From Candidatus Micrarchaeota archaeon (lineage in GTDB: Archaea > Micrarchaeota > Micrarchaeia > Micrarchaeales > Micrarchaeaceae), in NCBI GenBank assembly GCA_021827665.1, contig JAKAUR010000026.1, forward strand, positions 1 to 59,744: a DNA stretch of 59,744 nucleotides, in the 5' to 3' direction. Below, one piece after another: positions 1 to 7,263 of this stretch (within the stretch, counting starts at the first letter, position 1; each line of letters opens with the position of its first letter). The notes beneath the pieces are model-generated. The model was not told the DNA's origin. It did not search any database and saw nothing but the letters and a program-made list of their open reading frames with translations. The position numbers and the translations under genes are program-made.

Positions 1-126
1 ACGTAAACAACGCTAGCGTCGCTTCCACATATTCCAGCAATACTTACACCACCTCTGCTAGCGTCGGAAATTACAGCATTTTGTTCGATACTGCCGGCAA
101 CGGGAATTATATTAGCGGGTCGAAAA
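1..126 (+). repeat. Direct repeat A copy 1 (identical to 1570-1695)
   Basis: Base-by-base identical to 1570-1695, period 1569 bp (523 codons). It may extend beyond the window start. Confidence 0.9.
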
Positions 127-3095
127 CGGGAAAGTTCAGCATATACCCCAAACTTTATACTGTAAATTATTCTTCCGCTGGAGCGAACGGGACGACAGAT
201 ACGCTTTCGGTTAGCACAACCGCAGGTTACAACACATATTTATGTGACGGAGGAGCCGGAGACAATTCCGGAACCGCAGGGGTTTCTGTAACCTATACCA
301 CAGGCACTACTGATTTGTCAAATACCTATTCTTACATAGGCAATCAGACCGCTGATACGTGCACAGAGACTACTACAGGACCAGATCTAGCCGAGGCAGT
401 GCTTGGAATCAAAGCCCTGCATACATATAACCTCTATGACTCTTCCGGGACTAAATCCGCCGCGTTTACTTATAATGTTGTCAAAAATGATTCTTTCGTA
501 GCAATAATGGCATCTTCGGGATATTTTGGATTCTCGATACCGCCGATAATACCGAGCGGATGTGTAGAAAAAGTTTATAATACAGGACCAGACACATTCG
601 AGAGCAGTTATGTTGCGATATGCCAATCGCAGATAGCAGGACAATACTCAGTGAATGTCTCTTCGGCAAGCGGCGGATATGTTACGGCAGGAGCTTACGT
701 GTTCTCGCCGTATCTGTTAACCCTGGATGACAATCCAACAGCAGGGACCATAACGACGAACGGCAAGAGCTTCGCTAACGGTCAGACAACGAACGTGATA
801 GGCACCGGGACCATAACAGCGAATCCGCCGAGCAGCTTCGTATTCACTAACTGGAGCGTGAGCAACGCGAATCTTACGGTGCAGAACCGGTACGCGCAGA
901 CAACGAACCTTACAGTAATAGGCAACGGCACGATAACCGCGAGCTACAACGGGATAACCACGTTTTCGGAGAGCGGACTTCCTGCCGGAGCAACATGGAG
1001 CGTAGTTTATGACGGGATAACCAACAGCAGCGCAACCTCCGCGATATCTTTCGACACAGTTCCGGGAAGCCATGCCTTCACCATAGCCAACGTAACATAC
1101 AACGGCAACACGTACATAGCAAAGCCCAGTTCAGGGAATGAGATTGCGGGTAACGTGACCGACATAGCGTTCAGCGAGGAGGGAGTCTTGTCGCTCGTAG
1201 TTTCTTCCAACAAGACCGCATACGACACGTCCGATCTTGCCACTGCGACCGCACCGCTCCAGACACAGAGCATTGAGATATTGATAGGAGAGGGCAATGC
1301 GATAGGGACTTCTGTTGCTTCCGGAACAGGGAGCGTTTCGTGCAACCTGTACAGCACATGCAATGCGAACGTGCCTTTGGCCGCAGGGCTTTACAACGTC
1401 AGCGCGTACCTGCCGGCAACAGGGAACGTCATAAGCAAGGAGGTCAACATAACGAAGGCTTCTCCTTCTCTTGCCCTATCCGTTCCGAACAGCTACGTTT
1501 ATGATGGCAGCGGCGGTACTGTGACGTTCGAAGTAAGCACCTACGGCAACCAATTAGAGGGAACTCTCTACGTAAACAACGCTAGCGTCGCTTCCACATA
1601 TTCCAGCAATACTTACACCACCTCTGCTAGCGTCGGAAATTACAGCATTTTGTTCGATACTGCCGGCAACGGGAATTATATTAGCGGGTCGAAAACAGGC
1701 AATTTTTCCATCACCCCGAAACTTTATACAGTAAACAACGCAGAGGCATTGAACTCCAGCGCAACAGACAGCCTGACAGCGTATGCCCCTGCAAACTATC
1801 TTACCTATATCTGCACCGGCGGAGCAGGAACTGCCGCAGTGACGTATACTACAGGCACAGTCAACCAGTATTCTGGAGGGGACGACTCTTACATAGGAGA
1901 ACAGACCACGGATGCGTGCACAGAGACTACTACAGGGCCAGATCTAGCCGAGGCTGCAGTTGGGGTCTACGCCAAACCTTCATACTCCTTATATTCTGGT
2001 TCATTCACTTATAGCGGCACGCTGGATTACAACGTAAATAAGACCGGTTCTCTCGTAGTCGTCGCGATAAGCTCTGGAGGAGCGAAAATATCTGGAATCC
2101 CGAGCGCCCTGAGCGGCTGCTACAGCAAAGGCATAGAATCAGGGGCTGACGGGCTTGAATCCGCTTACATTGCAGTATGCCAGGACCAGAAGGCAGGATC
2201 TTATTCTGTTGCTGACAGTGTTTCGAGCGGAGAAAATTTTGCTATGGCAGCGTATGTGTTCCCGCCATATGCTTTGACTTTGGATGACAATCCAACAGCA
2301 GGGACCATAACTACGAACGGCAAGAGCTTCGCTAACGGTCAGACAACGAACGTGATAGGCACCGGGACCATAACAGCGAATCCGCCGAGCAGCTTCGTAT
2401 TCACTAACTGGAGCGTGAGCAACGCGAATCTTACGGTGCAGAACCGGTACGCGCAAACAACGAACCTTACAGTAATAGGCAACGGGATAATTACTGCGAG
2501 CTACAACGGGATAACCACGTTCTACGAATCGGGATTGCCTTCAGGAACGTTGTGGAACGTCACTTATGACGGATTTAAAAATTCAAGCACCGGTAACCAC
2601 ATAGGCTTTGACACTGTGCCAGGTTCCCATGCTTATGAGGTTGGGAATGTGCTTGTCAGCGGCTACAATTATACCCCTTCTTCGTATTCAGGGGCTGTAA
2701 TAGCCGGGAACTCCACCACAATAACGTTTACACCTCCAGTCTGCACAATAGCGCTCAGCAGCAATGCGATATCGTTCGGGACCCTGAACCCTGGAACGGT
2801 GAACCCTGACAATGTGCAGATAGCCGACACTAATAGCGGCGATGCCGTAGCCAACGTGCTAGTGTCTGGCACCGATTGGGCGAGCTCGGCAGCGAGCTTC
2901 GGAGTGTCGAACACGTCTTGGAGCCAAACCCCTTTGACATCCTTTGGCACTGAACTGGTGTCGAATGCCCTGAAGAGCACAGGCATAGCCATAGAGCCAA
3001 GCTCTTCCAACAGCATATACTTCGGCCTGAACATGCCTGGGGCGATAGCTGCCGGAACGTACACGCAGACGATAACAATAGAGAATAGCTGTTGA
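3..3095 (+). CDS. Large Ser/Thr/Asn-rich surface protein / putative fimbrial adhesin with internal ~520-aa repeat and C-terminal pilin-like (SCPU/Csu-like) domain; 5'-truncated by window edge
   Basis: The frame is open from base 3 (VNNASVASTYSSNTY...), so the TTG at 81 is internal. Many N-x-S/T sequons, two 'TFxESGLPxGxxWxVxYDG' Ig-like repeats, and a C-terminus 'VCTIALSSNAISFG...AGTYTQTITIENSC'. Confidence 0.8.
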   Translation, partial: VNNASVASTYSSNTYTTSASVGNYSILFDTAGNGNYISGSKTGKFSIYPKLYTVNYSSAGANGTTDTLSVSTTAGYNTYLCDGGAGDNSGTAGVSVTYTTGTTDLSNTYSYIGNQTADTCTETTTGPDLAEAVLGIKALHTYNLYDSSGTKSAAFTYNVVKNDSFVAIMASSGYFGFSIPPIIPSGCVEKVYNTGPDTFESSYVAICQSQIAGQYSVNVSSASGGYVTAGAYVFSPYLLTLDDNPTAGTITTNGKSFANGQTTNVIGTGTITANPPSSFVFTNWSVSNANLTVQNRYAQTTNLTVIGNGTITASYNGITTFSESGLPAGATWSVVYDGITNSSATSAISFDTVPGSHAFTIANVTYNGNTYIAKPSSGNEIAGNVTDIAFSEEGVLSLVVSSNKTAYDTSDLATATAPLQTQSIEILIGEGNAIGTSVASGTGSVSCNLYSTCNANVPLAAGLYNVSAYLPATGNVISKEVNITKASPSLALSVPNSYVYDGSGGTVTFEVSTYGNQLEGTLYVNNASVASTYSSNTYTTSASVGNYSILFDTAGNGNYISGSKTGNFSITPKLYTVNNAEALNSSATDSLTAYAPANYLTYICTGGAGTAAVTYTTGTVNQYSGGDDSYIGEQTTDACTETTTGPDLAEAAVGVYAKPSYSLYSGSFTYSGTLDYNVNKTGSLVVVAISSGGAKISGIPSALSGCYSKGIESGADGLESAYIAVCQDQKAGSYSVADSVSSGENFAMAAYVFPPYALTLDDNPTAGTITTNGKSFANGQTTNVIGTGTITANPPSSFVFTNWSVSNANLTVQNRYAQTTNLTVIGNGIITASYNGITTFYESGLPSGTLWNVTYDGFKNSSTGNHIGFDTVPGSHAYEVGNVLVSGYNYTPSSYSGAVIAGNSTTITFTPPVCTIALSSNAISFGTLNPGTVNPDNVQIADTNSGDAVANVLVSGTDWASSAASFGVSNTSWSQTPLTSFGTELVSNALKSTGIAIEPSSSNSIYFGLNMPGAIAAGTYTQTITIENSC
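724..964 (+). repeat. Direct repeat B copy 1 (near-identical to ~2281-2521)
   Basis: TGGATGACAATCCAACAGCAGGG...GGGATAACCACGTT recurs at 2281 with only a few substitutions. Confidence 0.9.
1570..1695 (+). repeat. Direct repeat A copy 2
   Basis: Identical to 1-126. Confidence 0.9.
2281..2521 (+). repeat. Direct repeat B copy 2
   Basis: Near-identical to 724-964. Confidence 0.9.
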
Positions 3096-3160
3096 TTTGC
3101 GTTCGGGACTAAAGAAGGTTTTTAATACTTATTAGCATAAGAATAAGCGAAGGTGATTCT

Positions 3161-3694
3161 TTGAATATAGTCGAAACAAGACTCAGATCGTTTTTCGCGA
3201 TAATGGCAAGCTTGCTTGTCGTTAGCGGAACATTGGCCCTGGCATTGGGCTCCGTGGCTTTCGCAACTACGACTAGCAATGTGACTGCAAATGTTGCAGT
3301 TGAATCCGTGTGCTACATAGGTCTCAGCACGAACGCGATATCGTTCGGAAGCCTGTACCCTACGGCGCAGCACGCAGACAATGTAATCGTGACTGACAGC
3401 GACCCCAACGGAAACGCAGCAGCCAACGTGATCGTCTTTGGAGGCAACTGGATAAGTGGTTTGAACAGCTTTGGAGTATCGAATACAACTTGGAGTGCAA
3501 CTTCTTCCAATACATTCCTTACTACGAACCCGCTCACGACATCAACCAACCCGACCACTACAGGAATAACAATAGCAACGCCTACAACCTCAGCAAATGA
3601 TCCGTCGAACAGCATATACTTCGGCCTGAACGTACCTGGGGCAATACCTGCCGGAACGTACACGCAGACGATAGTCGTAGAAAACAGCTGCTGA
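3161..3694 (+). CDS. Secreted pilin-like protein (putative major fimbrial subunit), paralogue of the adhesin C-terminal domain
   Basis: GGTGA RBS with TTG start, Sec signal peptide ending AFA, and mature sequence 'TTTSNVTANVAVESVCYIGLSTNAISFG...PAGTYTQTIVVENSC'. Confidence 0.75.
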   Translation: MNIVETRLRSFFAIMASLLVVSGTLALALGSVAFATTTSNVTANVAVESVCYIGLSTNAISFGSLYPTAQHADNVIVTDSDPNGNAAANVIVFGGNWISGLNSFGVSNTTWSATSSNTFLTTNPLTTSTNPTTTGITIATPTTSANDPSNSIYFGLNVPGAIPAGTYTQTIVVENSC

Positions 3695-3701
3695 ATGAGA
3701 A

Positions 3702-4442
3702 GTGTGCCAAATGCGATTCTTTGAGTTAATTGCTATTGCAACGCTTTTGGCGATTTTTTCTTTTTCTGTTCTTTCAACAACGGCGCACGCGCAGTTGGGA
3801 GAAGTGGCAGGGGAGCCCACATTTTACGTTAACATAAGCGGAACCTACAGCTACAATTACACTTTCATAAACCAGGGATCTACGCCAATACCATTCAAAG
3901 TAATAATCACTAATTTCAGGACCACTGCAAAAAATGCGACGGAACCGATAGTTACTGCTTCCCCAATGTCAGGCACCATACCACCAAACTCGCAGATAAA
4001 GGTCAGGACAAATGTTTATCTTCCGGCCAAAAACAACACGCCTGGGATGAGATGGCAGGGAGTTCTTGAGGTTGTGGTAAATTCAACTTCTAGCAGCACA
4101 GGAGGGGCAGTTATAGATGAAGGAGTGGCAAAGATAGTTACAATAGTCGCAACTGCGCCAAAGCCAAATTATATCGTAGAGATACTGATAACATTGGCAA
4201 TAGCGATTATCGTTGTTGGGGTAGCGGCTTTAGCATACATAAGGAAGTCGAAAAAGCCGGCAAAGAGCGCGAGGCAGAGAACCGAATCGAAAACTAAGAC
4301 TGCAAGAAGGAGGGCGGCTACTTCCAGTAAGAGGAGTTCAGCAAGGCGCAAAGCAGGGACAAAGAAAAGATCGCGCGCTTCTGCAAAGGGCAGGAAAAAG
4401 GCAGCGCCAAGAAGGAAGAAAGGCAGCAGTAGCAGAAGGTAA
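3702..4442 (+). CDS. Membrane-anchored Ig-fold (PapD/MSP-like) protein with C-terminal TM helix and Lys/Arg-rich tail
   Basis: Signal peptide ending AHA, motif 'INQGSTPIPFKV...ASPMSGTIPPNSQIKVR', hydrophobic helix and very basic tail. Alternative start is ATG 3711. Confidence 0.7.
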   Translation: MCQMRFFELIAIATLLAIFSFSVLSTTAHAQLGEVAGEPTFYVNISGTYSYNYTFINQGSTPIPFKVIITNFRTTAKNATEPIVTASPMSGTIPPNSQIKVRTNVYLPAKNNTPGMRWQGVLEVVVNSTSSSTGGAVIDEGVAKIVTIVATAPKPNYIVEILITLAIAIIVVGVAALAYIRKSKKPAKSARQRTESKTKTARRRAATSSKRSSARRKAGTKKRSRASAKGRKKAAPRRKKGSSSRR

Positions 4443-4479
4443 CGCTCAAGTTTATATCCCTTCCATGGGAATATAAATC

Positions 4480-6342
4480 ATGGACTATTTATTCCGGTTC
4501 GACAAGCCCAGGCCAAACCAGGAAGCCATGATTGGCGACGTGTATTCGGCCCTAGAGCAGAGGCGCGACATATTCATAAACGCGCCAACCGGCATAGGCA
4601 AGACGGACGCGTCGCTAGGGGCTGCGCTGACGTTCGCGCTTAAAAGAGGGCTTGACGTTTTCTTCCTTACGCCAAAGATATCGCAGCACAAGATAGCGAT
4701 GGAAGCGGTTTCCGGGATAAAGAGGAGATTCGGGCTCGATTTCAGCTTTGCCGACATAGTTGGGAAGCGCAACATATGCATAAACGACAAGGTAAACGCA
4801 ATAGAGAGCGACGCATTTTACAGCGCATGCGAGAGCGTTGTCAAGTCTGGCAAATGCTCCTACTTTTCAAATGCAAAGAACTTCAACGTAAATGAAACAG
4901 GATTGTCCGGATCGATAGAGAGCGGACACAACGCATTGCTTGATTATTCATACGGCAAGGGTGTGTGCGCGTATGAAATAGCTACCAGATACGCCAAGAA
5001 CTGCAGGGTCATAATAGCAGGGTATTCGCATCTGCTCAATCCGTACAACAAGGGCACTTTCCTAAAAAAGATAGGCCACAGCATAGACAACGCAATAGTG
5101 ATATGGGACGAGGCGCACAACCTCATAAACATAGCGAGCGCCTACTTCAGCACGTCGATATCCGAATTCGGGATAGACGCAGCAGAAAGAGAGCTCAAGG
5201 CCATAAACAGCAGCATTGACCTTGATTACCTTAAGTTCGCCATAAAGAAGCTCGCTTCCAAAAAGCTAGGCTCAAAGATGCCCGAGGCCTTTGTTGAGAA
5301 AGAGGACATGACGGAGTTTATGGAGAGCGAATACGAAAAACTGGTCGATTCGCTGGAAAAGGCAGGCCTGGAATATATACAGGCAAAGAACGCCAAGAGA
5401 TCCGCAATACTTCACGTGGCCAGGTTTCTAAAGGGCTTCCTTGACGCTGATGATTCCTCGGCCAAAATAGTTGTCAACAGAAACGGAAGGATAAGGCTAA
5501 ACGTGAGCTGCTTATACCCTGACAGGGCTTTGCCCATATTGCAGGAAGCCTATGCCAACGTCTTCATGAGCGCTACAATGGAGCCCGTGAAGATGTACGC
5601 CGACATGTTCGGGCTGGCGAATTCCGAAATGAAGAGCTATGCGTCTCCGTTTCCAAAGCCCAACAAGATAGCTTTCATAGACGAGAACTTCACCACCAAG
5701 TTCTCACAGAGGTCAAACGAGCAGTACATGATGATGGCCCGTAGAATAGAGGAGATAAGAGAGAACATGCCAGGAAACCTTGCAGTGTTCTTTCCGAGCT
5801 TTGCGGTTTTGGACGGCGTGGCCAGACACGTGAATGTCGATAAAAAGTATATGCAGAGGCGTGACATGCAGAGCTCGGCCGTAGAGTTGCTGCTGAAACG
5901 TTTTATGGAAGAGGACGGCGCCACGCTGATGGCAGTAATGGGAGGAAGCTTAAGCGAAGGCGTGGATTACAAGAACAATTCAATCAAGGGAATAGTTATA
6001 GTCGGGATACCGCTTACCGTGCCTGACCTTGAACTGAAGGCCAGAATCGCCTATCTGGACAAGAGATTCGAAGGGAAGGGAATGGATTATGCTTACATAA
6101 TACCTGCGGTGGTAAAAGCGGTCCAGGCCGCCGGAAGGGCAGTCCGCAGCGAAAAGGACAGGGCTGTGCTAGTCTTCATGGACAAAAGATATTCGTGGCG
6201 CATGTACAGGGCCGCGATATCGAACAGCATAGACCTTGCGGAATCCAAGGATTACATAAAGTCGATAAGGTTCTTCTGGGACCTAAACGACGTAGTAGAC
6301 GAGGTAGTAAAGGGCAAAGCCTATAAGGACCCCAAGGAATAG
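4480..6342 (+). CDS. xpd: XPD/Rad3-family ATP-dependent DNA helicase (Fe-S)
   Basis: APTGIGKT, four Fe-S Cys, DEAH, SAT, SEGVD and QAAGRAVRSEKD motifs. Confidence 0.92.
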   Translation: MDYLFRFDKPRPNQEAMIGDVYSALEQRRDIFINAPTGIGKTDASLGAALTFALKRGLDVFFLTPKISQHKIAMEAVSGIKRRFGLDFSFADIVGKRNICINDKVNAIESDAFYSACESVVKSGKCSYFSNAKNFNVNETGLSGSIESGHNALLDYSYGKGVCAYEIATRYAKNCRVIIAGYSHLLNPYNKGTFLKKIGHSIDNAIVIWDEAHNLINIASAYFSTSISEFGIDAAERELKAINSSIDLDYLKFAIKKLASKKLGSKMPEAFVEKEDMTEFMESEYEKLVDSLEKAGLEYIQAKNAKRSAILHVARFLKGFLDADDSSAKIVVNRNGRIRLNVSCLYPDRALPILQEAYANVFMSATMEPVKMYADMFGLANSEMKSYASPFPKPNKIAFIDENFTTKFSQRSNEQYMMMARRIEEIRENMPGNLAVFFPSFAVLDGVARHVNVDKKYMQRRDMQSSAVELLLKRFMEEDGATLMAVMGGSLSEGVDYKNNSIKGIVIVGIPLTVPDLELKARIAYLDKRFEGKGMDYAYIIPAVVKAVQAAGRAVRSEKDRAVLVFMDKRYSWRMYRAAISNSIDLAESKDYIKSIRFFWDLNDVVDEVVKGKAYKDPKE

Positions 6343-7254
6343 CGGAGGTATTGCCGGAAGTGCGCGCTTGTACTTCCTGAGTATGAACATTGTCAGTATG
6401 AGCCCCAGCACTGCGCCCAGAGCTATGAAAAAGCTAGGCACGAAGCTTAGAGTAAGCTTGTATGCTGAGACCGCAACCATCAACGGTATTGCGAGGTCGC
6501 CAGTTCCAAGGGCAACGTTGGCAGATATCGGAACCATTCCCATGCTGCCTGTTTTCTTCATTACCGACAGTATCCTCTTTCCGCGCTGCCCGGAAGACTT
6601 GACGTATTTGTTGTATTCGGAAAGCTCCTTTGCGCTGAAGTTGGATTTTGGCACGGCCTCCACCTCGTTCATGTCCACCATGAATGCGAGGTTGTTGTCC
6701 GTTACCACGTTGGCAAGCGTTATCATGTGCTTGGTTATGAAAACTGCCACGAAGTCGTATATTGCTAGAAGGCCCATGAATATTATGGCTGCGAAGAAAC
6801 TGAAGCCGAATCCCAGTACCGCTCCGACCCCTATGCTCGCGATTATCGCTGCCACGTTCTTGAGCTTAACCCACTTGTTCTTGGCAGCCACAAGCAGTAT
6901 CGCCATTATCGCGGCTCCTATGGTCGCAACGTTTGAACTCTGTGTAAAATAGGCTATGATGACAAGGAAAACGTAGAACGACGCTATGAATATTACGACG
7001 CCTTCTATGACACGGAAAAGCTTTGCGCCGTGGTAGAACCTGAATATGAGTATCATCACCACTGCCAGAAATATTATGTATGCGAGGAGAAGAAGCGCGT
7101 TGGAAGGACCGCTGACTATCTGCGAACTGGTTATCTGCTGGTATGTGGCGCCGTTGAACCACAGCGTTGCAAGCGCTATGCCTGCGAACTGCACTAGCAT
7201 GAACATTGTGAGTATTCCCACCAATTGCCTGTTCTCGATTAGCCGCTTTTCCAA
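6283..7254 (-). CDS. Presenilin-family intramembrane aspartyl protease (PSH)
   Basis: Multi-TM protein with YD, LGTGD and LPAIP motifs. Confidence 0.9.
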   Translation of the reverse strand: MEKRLIENRQLVGILTMFMLVQFAGIALATLWFNGATYQQITSSQIVSGPSNALLLLAYIIFLAVVMILIFRFYHGAKLFRVIEGVVIFIASFYVFLVIIAYFTQSSNVATIGAAIMAILLVAAKNKWVKLKNVAAIIASIGVGAVLGFGFSFFAAIIFMGLLAIYDFVAVFITKHMITLANVVTDNNLAFMVDMNEVEAVPKSNFSAKELSEYNKYVKSSGQRGKRILSVMKKTGSMGMVPISANVALGTGDLAIPLMVAVSAYKLTLSFVPSFFIALGAVLGLILTMFILRKYKRALPAIPPLFLGVLIGFALYYLVYYVV

Positions 7255-7263
7255 CGATACACC

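Noticed and set aside
81-83. TTG at 81 as start of the large surface protein
   Set aside because: The frame is open to the window edge and the same sequence recurs internally at ~1650, so the gene begins upstream.
1-2521. Diversity-generating retroelement TR/VR pair in the adhesin repeats
   Set aside because: Differences between copies are not restricted to adenines, both copies are in-frame coding, and no reverse transcriptase is present in the window.
3161-3694. Type IV pilin/archaellin identity for the 177-aa protein
   Set aside because: It has a Sec/SPI-type signal (hydrophobic core then AFA), not a class III motif preceding the hydrophobic helix.
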